Assembly: GCA_963719035.1 (NCBI GenBank) | Contig: CAVRAO010000012.1 | Location: 96,001-160,000 of the forward strand | Origin: Methanobacteriota archaeon | GTDB lineage: Archaea; Halobacteriota; Bog-38; Methanoflorentales; Methanoflorentaceae | DNA length: 64,000 bases | Direction: 5' to 3' | In this document: positions 52,131-61,952 of the stretch, one piece after another | Position numbering within the stretch: the first letter of the stretch is position 1 | Layout: each line of letters begins with the position of its first letter | Position numbers and translations under genes: made by a program | The notes under the pieces: model-generated | What the model saw: only the letters and a program-made list of their open reading frames with translations | Told to the model about the DNA's origin: nothing | The model's database searches: none

Positions 52131-53321
52131 GTGAGGGTGGCAGGTTTGCTCAAGAGTGCAGCTAAGATTCCTCGCGCCACGTGTCAGCTCTTCGGTGCCA
52201 TAAAGGCGATCAGCAACATTAGAGACAGCGTCATTTTGGTTCACGGCCCTAAAGGTTGCGTTTATCACATCAATTACATACTGGGCATGCGGGGCGACAA
52301 GACCTCGAACGTCTATTCGACCTGCATGGATGAAAAAGACGTCATTTTTGGCGCCGGAGATAAACTCAAAAGCGCAATCATTGAGCTAGATAATGAGTTT
52401 GACCCCGCCCTCATCGCTGTGCTCTCGTGCTGTGCTTCCAGCATTATTGGTGAAGACGTCGAAAGTGTAGTAAAAGACGTTCAGACGAGGGCTAAGATAT
52501 TAGGTATAGACGCTGGTGGGTTTGAAGGTGATTATCGATCTGGCTATAGCGAGACGCTCAGGCGACTCGTTGAAGTGCTCGTTGAGCCCTCCCACACCCG
52601 CGAAAAGCTTTCGGTGAATTTGATTGGCCTGTTGAGGGCGGGCCCAGATCTCAGAGAACTCAAGCGCGTCCTAGCGCTTATCGGCGTCCATGTCAACGCA
52701 GTTCTTACGGCAGGTGCTACTATACGTCAGATCGAACACACAGCCTCGGCAGCCTTGAATGTGGTCCTCTGCGAGGCTACTGGCAAGGATGCCGCAGAGC
52801 AGTTGGAAAAGCAGTTCGGAATGCCGTATATTATAGAAGAGCTCCCTATTGGCTATGAAGCCACGTTGCGCTTTCTTGCCCGTGTAGCCGATGCGCTCGG
52901 CATCTCAATGGATCTGGAAGCTATATCTCCTAAGCACCGCATCGAAGCTCCCCAAATGATCGGCAAACGGGTCGCGGTGATGGGTGGTCCGACGCGGGCT
53001 ATTTCCGTTACAAAATTCCTCAAGGAGTACGGCGTTGAACCAGTGCTCGTCGTATCAGACTTTGACGTTAACACGGCCGAACGACTGAGTGGCATCATAA
53101 GTGACCGATGCGAGGTACTTATCGCTCCGGAACACGAGCTCATTCTCGAGCGATGCAAAGCGCAGCACGTCGATCTGATCCTCGGTGGGATGCTCGAGCG
53201 ACCGATCGCGTCACGTCTCGGTGTCGCGCATCTCGACATCATGCACGGAAGTGAAAAAACCGTCGGTTTTGCCGGTGCTGATGCACTCCTCAAACGATTG
53301 AAGGGTGAAGAACAGACGTGA
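52131..53321 (+). CDS. Nitrogenase component-1-like (NifE/NflD-type) oxidoreductase subunit
   Basis: TCQLFGA, VHGPKGC, EKDVIFG and SCCASSIIGEDV; three cluster-binding Cys. Confidence 0.85.
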   Translation: MRVAGLLKSAAKIPRATCQLFGAIKAISNIRDSVILVHGPKGCVYHINYILGMRGDKTSNVYSTCMDEKDVIFGAGDKLKSAIIELDNEFDPALIAVLSCCASSIIGEDVESVVKDVQTRAKILGIDAGGFEGDYRSGYSETLRRLVEVLVEPSHTREKLSVNLIGLLRAGPDLRELKRVLALIGVHVNAVLTAGATIRQIEHTASAALNVVLCEATGKDAAEQLEKQFGMPYIIEELPIGYEATLRFLARVADALGISMDLEAISPKHRIEAPQMIGKRVAVMGGPTRAISVTKFLKEYGVEPVLVVSDFDVNTAERLSGIISDRCEVLIAPEHELILERCKAQHVDLILGGMLERPIASRLGVAHLDIMHGSEKTVGFAGADALLKRLKGEEQT

Positions 53322-53809
53322 TCACAGAGGGATGTTTAGTCAAAAGCGAAGCGATTCGCGGAACGGTTGGTGCAATTATCCCGTACAAGGAGCGCACGTG
53401 TGCGATTACTGCAGGTCACGTTATCCGCTATGGTAGCGGTGGAGTCGGCACCAAAGTCGTCGTAGACGGATACGAAAGCACGGTCATCTGCCTCTTAAAT
53501 GACTATGATCTGGCGTTAATTGAGGTCCCCCATGAGCATGCAACGCTCTCAACAATTGGGCGTGCCTCCTTCGGTCCAGCTGAACTCGTCACTTACGATC
53601 GACGCATCACATGTCGGGTAATCAACACTGGAAAAAACCTCAACCTATTTGCATTTCCGTGTGGGAACATGCCCACGCCTGGAGACAGCGGTGCCCCGAT
53701 CATCCAGAAGGACGAGGTTATAGGGCTGCTTTCGTCAGTGTTGTACAACAACTGCACCGGGCTTGGAATCTCCTCTGAGGTCTTCGGTAATCCGTTGCGT
53801 TTGAGATAA
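53318..53809 (+). CDS. Minimal trypsin-like (S1) serine protease
   Basis: ITAGHV, DLALI and GDSGAP catalytic triad; GTGA overlap with the upstream gene. Confidence 0.8.
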   Translation: MITEGCLVKSEAIRGTVGAIIPYKERTCAITAGHVIRYGSGGVGTKVVVDGYESTVICLLNDYDLALIEVPHEHATLSTIGRASFGPAELVTYDRRITCRVINTGKNLNLFAFPCGNMPTPGDSGAPIIQKDEVIGLLSSVLYNNCTGLGISSEVFGNPLRLR

Positions 53810-53820
53810 CCAGCCAGTGA

Positions 53821-54807
53821 CTACACGCTCGGTCCGGAAGCGGATAAGTGTTCGTAACCTTCGGCCTTAAGCTCGTGTAAGACCCCATCGACGTCGAGCT
53901 GCATCTCAGATGCCGTGACTTTACCGATGATGGTGTAAGGAATGGGGATAGCGGCTAATCGCTCCTGTTTCGCTGTGAAAAGAAGTTCATAGTCACCGCC
54001 GCGATATACGGAAAGCGTGAGCTCATCCCATCGGTCGCTGCTTACCGATTTTGCCTCCTCGCTTATGGGAAGCGCAGCCGCCCGCACACAGAAGCCGCAG
54101 TTGCTTGACTTTGACAGCTCGTACAGAGAGAGACTGAGTCCATCACTTGTGTCGATGAGTGCGGTCACCGCGCCCGAATCGGCGAGCGCTTGTCCATAGA
54201 CAATTCTCGGCTGCGGCTCGAATAATTTCTTAAGGGCACTTTCCCGTAAGTGATGGTCTGCATATCGACTGTCGAGCAACATTCTAACGCCGGCGGCAGC
54301 GACGCCTAGTTCCCCCGTCACACATACTACATCTCCGACTTTTGCCCCTGCACGCGTAAGCATCTGATGCTGATTTACACTGCCTATAGCCGTGCCGACG
54401 AGCGTGAGTTCCTCGTGCTCATCGGTGTCGCCACCAAGAAGTGTGGTTCCGTTTTGCGTACAACACGCGTTACAGCCACGCATAACGTCAAGTGCAAAAG
54501 ACACTTCAGTATCGCGGGGAATGCCCATGGCCATCGTCACGCCGATAGGCGAAGCCCCCATCGCGGCGACGTCACTTAAAGTCGCGGCTGTGGCCATCCA
54601 TCCAACCTGATAACCCGACATCTCGCGTGGAAAATGCGTTTTTTTATGCAACATATCGGTCGTGACGACCAAATATCGGTCACCGTACGCGATTGCCGAA
54701 CAATCGTCAGCCCCTGGACAGAGCACTGCTGTACATTCAATCAACTCAGCTATCAGATTTACCAGCGCCCGCTCACCAAGTTCACCGACCTTCATCCGCT
54801 TTGTCAC
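53821..54807 (-). CDS. thiL: Thiamine-monophosphate kinase
   Basis: GE..L, DDC, LSDVAAMG, GGDT, DTSDGL and GGDYEL motifs. Confidence 0.93.
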   Translation of the reverse strand: MTKRMKVGELGERALVNLIAELIECTAVLCPGADDCSAIAYGDRYLVVTTDMLHKKTHFPREMSGYQVGWMATAATLSDVAAMGASPIGVTMAMGIPRDTEVSFALDVMRGCNACCTQNGTTLLGGDTDEHEELTLVGTAIGSVNQHQMLTRAGAKVGDVVCVTGELGVAAAGVRMLLDSRYADHHLRESALKKLFEPQPRIVYGQALADSGAVTALIDTSDGLSLSLYELSKSSNCGFCVRAAALPISEEAKSVSSDRWDELTLSVYRGGDYELLFTAKQERLAAIPIPYTIIGKVTASEMQLDVDGVLHELKAEGYEHLSASGPSV

Positions 54808-54870
54808 GTGAGCATTTATACCCGATAAGCGCTTCTACTCAGCAGCGCAGTGAGCCCGAGGTCGATTCTC

Positions 54871-55731
54871 ATGAAGGTATTTCCCGAATGTATCCCGTGT
54901 CTCACGTCGCGGGTGCTGTACAAAGCGAAGTTATCAACGAACGATGTTAAAACACAGCTCAAAGCTGAAGAGGCTGCAGCAAAAGCGATGTGCAGTACGG
55001 GGTTTGACGGCCCTATAGCACTGCTCTCGACAGACGTGCACAGAGCGGTGTACCGAGTGCTTGGCAATGACGATCCGTACCGCGAGGTGAAACGACTTGC
55101 CAACGAGACCGCGGTCAAACTCTTACCGACGGTTCGGTCAAATATTCAAATGAGCCGCGATCCCTTTCGCAGCGCTGTCATTGCCTCGATTATTGGGAAT
55201 ACCTTTGATTTTGGCGTACTTGGTTTTGAAGTAGCAACTGACGATTTTGAAAAGGAAGTCGCCACGATCTACCGACATGGGTTAGACATCGATGACACGG
55301 ACGCCATCAAGACACTCATCAAAGATGTAGTATACATCGCTGATAACGTCGGAGAGATTGTATATGACGGCCTTCTCATAGAGCAGCTACGCAAACTTGG
55401 CGGACAGGTAACTCTCGTCGTACGCGGAGGCTATATCCTCACGGATGCTACGATTGAGGATGTTTGGGAGTTCGGACTAGACAAAGTCGCGGACCGAGTC
55501 CTGACGACGGGTTCAAACGCGATCGGCATCAAACTCGATGAGATCCCGACTGAGTTGAGCGAGATTTTGCCCCGAGCTTCGCTTATTATCGCAAAAGGGA
55601 TGGCTAATTATGAAATGCTCTCTGAATATCCCTTTAAACCAGTCGCCTATTTGATGAGGGTAAAGTGCGCGCCCGTTGCAGAATCGGTAGGGGCAAACGT
55701 CGGTGATTTCATTGCGAAACTTGTGCGGTAA
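54871..55731 (+). CDS. DUF89/ARMT1-like metal-dependent phosphatase
   Basis: ECIPC, DPY, GN.FD, DN.GE...D and KGMANYE motifs. Confidence 0.88.
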   Translation: MKVFPECIPCLTSRVLYKAKLSTNDVKTQLKAEEAAAKAMCSTGFDGPIALLSTDVHRAVYRVLGNDDPYREVKRLANETAVKLLPTVRSNIQMSRDPFRSAVIASIIGNTFDFGVLGFEVATDDFEKEVATIYRHGLDIDDTDAIKTLIKDVVYIADNVGEIVYDGLLIEQLRKLGGQVTLVVRGGYILTDATIEDVWEFGLDKVADRVLTTGSNAIGIKLDEIPTELSEILPRASLIIAKGMANYEMLSEYPFKPVAYLMRVKCAPVAESVGANVGDFIAKLVR

Positions 55732-55740
55732 GATGGGTAG

Positions 55741-56532
55741 CTAACGCACAAACAGGAACGCAACCGCGTTGTTGAGCACGTGTAGCGTAATCGGAGCCAT
55801 TAGATTGCCCGTCTTCTCGTACACATACGCAAGAACGACACCTATAACGAATAACGGGGCAGCGGCCAGCAGCTCCAAATGGATGACCGAAAAGAGCGCA
55901 GCGCTCAGAACGATCGCATATGAAGGTTTGAAGCGATCCCTGAAAGCTTTGTAGAGGTACCCCCGAAACACGACCTCTTCTGCGATGGGGGCAATTATAA
56001 CCCCCGATAAGAAGACGATGGGCAAAAGTCCCGGAACGGCGGCAGAAAGCGACAAGGCTTCTTGAGTCGGGTCGACGCCGAACTCTTGTTGGATGGGGTA
56101 GCCGACGATGCCAGCCAGGATAAAGGCAACAATGAATCCCACCACGCCGTAGAGGAGCGCTTTTGGAAGTTTATTCGTGATAAATCCAAGTGACGAGAGC
56201 CTCTCTTTGTAGAAACCGAGGACGACTGCTACGATGAGTGCAATGGAAACGATGTTTGCGACGTTCAGCAACCAGAAGGTCCCTGCAGTAATACTTCCAC
56301 TGGTTACGCCGAGCTCGTCGCTGGAAGTGATTACACCCGTAGCGATGAGGATCGGCGGCAAAAACAGCGATACACTGAACTGACCGACTAAATACAGCAA
56401 AATGCCCAGGACGATTGACCACTTCTTCTTCGGTGGTCCACGCGGCACGTAGACGTCGTATGGACTCGTCGGATGGAACTCATCCCAATCGATGGCAGCT
56501 ACAGGCTCTCCGTTTTTGTAATCTGCGGGCAT
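55741..56532 (-). CDS. CPBP (CAAX-protease-like) intramembrane metalloprotease
   Basis: EE..FRG, FS..H and H..NN motifs. Confidence 0.9.
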   Translation of the reverse strand: MPADYKNGEPVAAIDWDEFHPTSPYDVYVPRGPPKKKWSIVLGILLYLVGQFSVSLFLPPILIATGVITSSDELGVTSGSITAGTFWLLNVANIVSIALIVAVVLGFYKERLSSLGFITNKLPKALLYGVVGFIVAFILAGIVGYPIQQEFGVDPTQEALSLSAAVPGLLPIVFLSGVIIAPIAEEVVFRGYLYKAFRDRFKPSYAIVLSAALFSVIHLELLAAAPLFVIGVVLAYVYEKTGNLMAPITLHVLNNAVAFLFVR

Positions 56533-56708
56533 CTTGCTACTCTCGTAGCTAACATGGCTGCCTGTTTATAAACCCTTGTACCTTGCGAGGCCCGGCGCCC
56601 CTTGACGAGCGAATACAGCCCGAAATACAATTACACCGTCTGACGGTATCTTTATGAGCTTGAGCGATCACATGTAATTAGATACGAACAATTAGGTGAT
56701 TACTTAAC

Positions 56709-57596
56709 ATGAAAGGTAAGTGGGGCAGCGATATCGGCCTTTCAGCACGTATGCTGCTGACGATGATGTTGCTTGGGCTCGTTTACGTCGCGTTCATTGG
56801 CATCATCTTACTCTACGTGGGTAACATTGCGTTTGTAGCCATCTTCGTCGCGCTGTTTCTCGGAGCGCAGTATTACTTCTCCGACCGGTTAGTGCTCGCT
56901 GCGAGTGGCGCCCGCATCGTGAGCGAAGATGAAGCTCCCGAGCTCCATAGTGCGATTGAACGCCTGTGTGCAATGGCAGACCTTCCAAAGCCGAAGGTGG
57001 CCATAGCAAACAGCCCCGTTCCGAACGCCTTTGCGACCGGCAGAAATCAAAAGCACGCGGTAGTGGCGGTGACGAGTTCCCTCCTCCAACAACTCGAAGA
57101 GCCTGAAATTGAGGCCGTGCTGGCGCACGAGCTGTCACACGTCAAGAACAGGGACATGTTGGTTATGACCGTCGCGAGCTTCGTCACGACGATTGCGGGC
57201 TTCCTCATGCGTTATTGGTTCTTTATTGGCGCGGGTGGCAACCGGAGGGACAACAATATCATCATCTTTTTTGTTGCACTCGCCGCGATATGGATTATCA
57301 GCTTCTTGATCACGCGGGCGCTCTCGCGGTACCGCGAGTATGCAGCTGACAGGGGCTCTGCCATTATAACAGCGCACCCCGCGAACCTCGCCAGTGCGCT
57401 CCTAAAAATCAGCGGCTACGTCGCGCGCGTTCCAACGGAAGACATCCGTAAAGTTGAGGGCATAAGTCAATTCTTCATTATACCGGCGATATCGAGAGGC
57501 TCTGCGCTGAGCCTTCTATCGACCCATCCACCCATCGAAAAGCGGATTGAGCGACTGCGGCAGATGGAGGCGCAGCTCGCTGGACAGAGCGCCTAA
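56709..57596 (+). CDS. htpX: Zinc metalloprotease HtpX
   Basis: PNAFATG, HELSH, SRYRE..AD and THPP motifs. Confidence 0.93.
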   Translation: MKGKWGSDIGLSARMLLTMMLLGLVYVAFIGIILLYVGNIAFVAIFVALFLGAQYYFSDRLVLAASGARIVSEDEAPELHSAIERLCAMADLPKPKVAIANSPVPNAFATGRNQKHAVVAVTSSLLQQLEEPEIEAVLAHELSHVKNRDMLVMTVASFVTTIAGFLMRYWFFIGAGGNRRDNNIIIFFVALAAIWIISFLITRALSRYREYAADRGSAIITAHPANLASALLKISGYVARVPTEDIRKVEGISQFFIIPAISRGSALSLLSTHPPIEKRIERLRQMEAQLAGQSA

Positions 57597-57614
57597 CGGG
57601 GAGTGAGTCGGTCG

Positions 57615-58352
57615 CTAAGTGTGTCGCTGTGTTGTGAGTTCGACCATCTCTACGACTTCTGCCATATCATAAATCTCAAAATCGGGACGCACTCCGTTCG
57701 TTGGTGTGCGCTGTCTTTTGTTATACCATATAGTGGTCAGCCCTGCTTTTTTTGCTCCGCAAATGTCGGATATGATCGAATCTCCGACAAAAGCAGCCTT
57801 TTCACGCGCTACTCCCATCTTCTGGAGGGTCTCGTTGAATATTCGGGGATGAGGTTTGTAGACTTCGAGCTCTTCGGAGGTGACGATCACGTCAAAAAGG
57901 TCGGAGATTCCGTTGAGATGAGCCGAAAGCTCCGCTGTGTCTCCGTTTGAAACCATTCCGAGCCGGATACCATTTGCATAGAGCGTATCGAGCGTCTTTT
58001 TGACGTTCGGGAGGATTGTAACCGCTTCGTCGAGCATTTTTTTATAGACACAGTTTAGCTCCTGAATGTAAGTGGCCCGCACACGTATCCCGTAACGATG
58101 AAAGACGTTCTGTGTGCTAATTCCATAAAGATCGCGCATATTTCTAAACTCGCCGCAGTAAGCGATCACGTCGTGAAAAGCGAGTTCAAATTCTTTATTC
58201 CAGTATGCGTTGAACTCGTCCACTGAGGTTGCGACGCCGAACAACGTTCTTGACTGTTGGACGACGTGTTGGGTAATATCGCGGTGATACGTTCCGACAT
58301 CGAGCACGGTGCCATAAGCGTCAAAGAGAATGGCTTCAGTGTCAGTCATCAA
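57615..58352 (-). CDS. HAD-superfamily hydrolase
   Basis: FDAYGTV, SNG, KP and VGDS..SD motifs. Confidence 0.88.
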   Translation of the reverse strand: MMTDTEAILFDAYGTVLDVGTYHRDITQHVVQQSRTLFGVATSVDEFNAYWNKEFELAFHDVIAYCGEFRNMRDLYGISTQNVFHRYGIRVRATYIQELNCVYKKMLDEAVTILPNVKKTLDTLYANGIRLGMVSNGDTAELSAHLNGISDLFDVIVTSEELEVYKPHPRIFNETLQKMGVAREKAAFVGDSIISDICGAKKAGLTTIWYNKRQRTPTNGVRPDFEIYDMAEVVEMVELTTQRHT

Positions 58353-58553
58353 CTAACGGTTTGCGTGCTGAGGTAAATAGCTATTTGTAAGGGAAAACGG
58401 CCCTGAGCTTATTAAGGGCTAAGCTTTATGCTTGTCTGTTTGCTCGACGAGTGTTTTGAATGCTGCTCGCGTAAAGCACTGCATACGGGTGTGACCTCTG
58501 ATATGCTAGGGGGCATTTTTATCTACTGATGAGGCAACATGCGAAAGCAATAG

Positions 58554-58802
58554 ATGCACTCTGATGAGAAACATACGAAGACGGTAAAAATCCGCTTGCA
58601 CGAGTTGCGAGAAGATTCGGATGCAGCCGAACTCGTCAAATTTCTTGCACGGCGAAAAGGAATACTAAAAGTTGAAGTAATCGCTGATTTGTTCACTGTT
58701 TACGTCAATTACGATGAGCGTCTAACATCACCAGCGCAGATCATTGCGGATTTGAGCAGCATTCGTTTTACCCCAGAAGGCTCCACTATCCTCAATGGAT
58801 AG
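58554..58802 (+). CDS. HMA-fold-like small protein lacking CxxC
   Basis: GI..VEV......V.V.YD....S..QI pattern; EDSD in place of CxxC. Confidence 0.55.
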   Translation: MHSDEKHTKTVKIRLHELREDSDAAELVKFLARRKGILKVEVIADLFTVYVNYDERLTSPAQIIADLSSIRFTPEGSTILNG

Positions 58803-58903
58803 CATCATCGATGCAATAAGAATGAAAAATCGCTAAGCGCACGAGCGTCGTAACTTCTCTCCGCCGCACGAAAAAATTTCGACGAGACTAACGGTCAATT
58901 GTT

Positions 58904-59461
58904 ATGGGATTTCTGGACTCACTGCTCGGACGGACAAAGGGTATAGCTCCAAAAGTGGCCGGTTTGTTTTCAATCGCGACTGTCTATATCACGCTAAGCA
59001 CTGAGTTTAGCTTGAGCCCGACGGGAAAGGCAGGGATCTGCTTCAAGCCCGTTGAATCAGGCGGCTTTGCTGAGTGTGAGAACGAGATTGTTGAATTGCT
59101 TAAAATAAGCGAAACCGCTTTTGAGATCAAACAAGATGAGTTTGGCTACGCGTGGGTTATCGTTTCTGACGTGCAGTTTGAAAATGTAGTAGCCGATATC
59201 CACGAGGTGAGCTCAACGCTTATCGACGGCGGATATGGCGAACAGATCCTATGCGCGGTTTTCCCTTTTCGGAACCAAAAGAGTGTTTTTTGGATTTACA
59301 ACTACAAACGTGGAAAGTTTTACCCATTTGTGCCTGTCGAACCGAAGCAACACAAACGCGACTATGCCTACGAGTTCAGACTTCGGTCAGTCTTGCAGCG
59401 TGAACTGCCGATAGAACAAGAACTCGAGCGTTGGTATCCTCTTTGGGATGTGCCGCTTTAG
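58904..59461 (+). CDS. PspA-associated protein (PspAB-like)
   Basis: MGFLD.LLGR N-terminus; YNYKRGKFYPFVP and WYPLWD.P motifs; next to pspA. Confidence 0.75.
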   Translation: MGFLDSLLGRTKGIAPKVAGLFSIATVYITLSTEFSLSPTGKAGICFKPVESGGFAECENEIVELLKISETAFEIKQDEFGYAWVIVSDVQFENVVADIHEVSSTLIDGGYGEQILCAVFPFRNQKSVFWIYNYKRGKFYPFVPVEPKQHKRDYAYEFRLRSVLQRELPIEQELERWYPLWDVPL

Positions 59462-59468
59462 TTCGTGG

Positions 59469-59748
59469 CTAGTCGGGAATAATACCCTCCTTGGTGAACA
59501 ACTTACGCGCCTCTTCTGGTGTGATATCAGGCGACGGAACAATCAGATCTGATGGGAGGATTTCTGCCGGATCGAGCGGCGTTCCCTTCTCTCGAATGGT
59601 GTGGATCATTTCGTGCAGACATGCTACTAAACTCGTCGACCTCCTCGTTGCTGAGGTGATCGACCATGCAGTTGTCGAGCTCATTGAGTTTATCGAGATA
59701 CTTGGTGTCGAGCACGTACTGGTTGTCGCCGAGGATTCGCACTATCAT
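59469..59748 (-). CDS. PspA-associated protein (PspAA-like), one frameshift
   Basis: MIVRILGDNQY..., then PSDLIVP.PD.T.EE....F..EG.IPD in a second frame. Confidence 0.75.
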
Positions 59749-60485
59749 TGCTGTGCCTCCTGGGTCTCTTCCGTCTTAGCTTTCTTCTTTGTAGGGACCT
59801 CTTGCTTCAGAATTTTGAGCTCTTGATCGACCTCTGCGCTCGACTTAATCTTGCTGAGCTCCTCTTCGACCTTTGTCTGATCTCCCGTCAAATCCTGGAG
59901 CGTACCGGCGTCAATAAGCTCATCGAGCGCCTGTGATCGTGCTTTCATTGATTCTGTCTTTTCCTCAGCACGTTGAACTGACATCCCGACGTCGGCCATT
60001 TCCTCAGAGATCCCAGTAACAGATTCAGTTATTTTGACTTGCGCTTCTGCAGCTGAATATTGCGCCTTTATGGTCTCCTTCTTCGTTCGGAACGCCTCGA
60101 CTTTGGCAGAAAGTCTCCTTTCAGTGCTCACGAGCTTTGTCTGTTCATTTTCGAGATCAGCAATCTGTGCAGTGAGTGATTCGATCTGCGCCATGGAGTC
60201 TTTTTTCCGTTCGAGCGCAATACGGGCGAGATCGTCGCGTCCAAGGCTTACCGCCTCTCGCGCCTGATTGTTCAGGCTTTCGATGTTTGACTCGAGTTTT
60301 GCTTTCTGAAGTTCAAGCCTCTTCTTCGCCGTAACGACGTCGGCAATGCCACGCTTAACATTGGTTAACAGCTCGAGCTGCTTTTCATAAGAGTAATCGA
60401 GCGTTTCACGTGGGTCCTCGTGCCGATCAAGAAATGTACTGATCTTTGCCTTAATCATCGTCATGAGACGATCCAATATTCCCAT
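59745..60485 (-). CDS. pspA: PspA/IM30 family protein
   Basis: MGILDR....IKAK....LD..EDP and GRDDLAR.AL motifs; coiled coil. Confidence 0.9.
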   Translation of the reverse strand: MGILDRLMTMIKAKISTFLDRHEDPRETLDYSYEKQLELLTNVKRGIADVVTAKKRLELQKAKLESNIESLNNQAREAVSLGRDDLARIALERKKDSMAQIESLTAQIADLENEQTKLVSTERRLSAKVEAFRTKKETIKAQYSAAEAQVKITESVTGISEEMADVGMSVQRAEEKTESMKARSQALDELIDAGTLQDLTGDQTKVEEELSKIKSSAEVDQELKILKQEVPTKKKAKTEETQEAQQ

Positions 60486-60625
60486 TTTTTCTCCTCCGTG
60501 TAGCCAGGGTAGCGTATCTTATACAGTCTAATTCGTCAATTGTGCTCCTTGACTAAATAGCTTCGTTGTTGCAGAGGCACGATGAAATCGAAACGCCTAA
60601 ACCCAATCCATTCATCTGTTCCCCC

Positions 60626-61315
60626 ATGGAGCCCTCATATATAGCAAAGGAAGCAGCCGGAAGGTCAATCGCCGAATTGGTCGAAGACGGAATGGTCATA
60701 GGGCTCGGAACTGGGACCACTGTGGCTCGTGCGATCGCCCATCTGGGGAGACGTATCGTTGACGAGGGGCTTTCCATTGCGGGTGTTCCAACGTCTCATC
60801 AGTCGATGCTGCTTGCGGTGAAGCATCGTGTCCCACTTACGACGTTGTACGAGCATGAATTCGTTGATATCGCCCTCGACGGCGCTGATCAGGTCGATGC
60901 ACGCCTTAACCTCATTAAAGGCGGCGGAGGGGCCCATACGCGCGAGAAAATAGTTGCGCGCTCGGCGAGGCGGTTCTGTGTTGCAGTCGATGCTTCAAAA
61001 CTGGCGTCGCGTTTGAATTTGCCCGTGCCGCTCGAAGTGCTGCCCATTGCATGTCCGCTCGTTCAGAACGAGGTCAATCGAATGGGGGCCACTGCAAAAC
61101 TAAGGCAATCTGAGAAAAATCGCGTCTCGGTTACCGATCAGGGGAACCTTATCCTTGACGCGGACTTCGGAGTAATCAAGAATCCAGAAAAGTTAGCAAA
61201 GGAGCTATCCACTATAACTGGAGTAGTGGAACACGGCATTTTTGTTGAGGTCAGTGAGGTGCACGTCGCGCGACTCGCTGGAAAAGCTGCCTCAGTTGAG
61301 ATCTTGATGAGGTAG
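60626..61315 (+). CDS. rpiA: Ribose-5-phosphate isomerase A
   Basis: GLGTGTT, DGADQ, KGGGGA..REK and GVVEHG motifs. Confidence 0.95.
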   Translation: MEPSYIAKEAAGRSIAELVEDGMVIGLGTGTTVARAIAHLGRRIVDEGLSIAGVPTSHQSMLLAVKHRVPLTTLYEHEFVDIALDGADQVDARLNLIKGGGGAHTREKIVARSARRFCVAVDASKLASRLNLPVPLEVLPIACPLVQNEVNRMGATAKLRQSEKNRVSVTDQGNLILDADFGVIKNPEKLAKELSTITGVVEHGIFVEVSEVHVARLAGKAASVEILMR

Positions 61316-61332
61316 TTCAAACGCTGAGTGGA

Positions 61333-61725
61333 CTATTTATCTATTCCAACGGTTCGTGAAAGGCTTCGTAGCATAGCGATGGTCTCTTCGTCTTGCTGCG
61401 CGTCGCGTTTCCGCACGTCGTCGAGTGAGTCGATGATATCGCAGAGTTGTGTGGAGAGACGGTAACACTTAAGCGGGCGCCCTTTGCCCTCTTTTTTTTG
61501 TTCCCATTCTTCAATCCAACCGCGTTCCCTCATTTCGCGCATCGCGATGCTCACTTCAGGCTGTCGCAAGCCGGCACCAAGCTCAATATTGCGGGAAACC
61601 GATTCATTGACGTTGGCTAGATACACCAATGCTTTCGCCAAGTTCCTCTTGACTCCGACATCGCAAAGAAGGCTTGCCATCACTTCTTCATCTTGGTCGA
61701 ATACCGGTAAGGATCCGTCCCTCAT
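61333..61725 (-). CDS. Archaeal winged-helix transcriptional regulator
   Basis: LRQPEVSIAM.E...GW...GKGRP...Y.L pattern. Confidence 0.85.
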   Translation of the reverse strand: MRDGSLPVFDQDEEVMASLLCDVGVKRNLAKALVYLANVNESVSRNIELGAGLRQPEVSIAMREMRERGWIEEWEQKKEGKGRPLKCYRLSTQLCDIIDSLDDVRKRDAQQDEETIAMLRSLSRTVGIDK

Positions 61726-61876
61726 TATATCCCCCTTACTATTTTTATCATATAAATTATATTGACGATATAAATACGTTTTCAAATTATTTCTTCGATT
61801 TTCGGTCAAAAATGCCTTATTTTAATTATAGGATAACATCTATATTATCTTTAATATAAACTGGTGCACGCGCGCG

Positions 61877-61894
61877 TCAAAAGCCTTTTATAGA
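61877..61894 (+). promoter_or_regulatory. BRE-TATA promoter of the tRNA gene
   Basis: TCAAAAGCC followed by TTTTATAGA, ~60 nt upstream of the mature tRNA. Confidence 0.6.
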
Positions 61895-61952
61895 GCGCTC
61901 GTAATAGCGGGAGTGTCTGAAGGGGCTGCTTAGCCTCTTGCAGCACCTCGCA

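Noticed and set aside
52131-53321. Call as cfbD or true nitrogenase nifD/nifK
   Set aside because: Lacks the CfbD-type N-terminus, is short, and has no nifH or nifK neighbours
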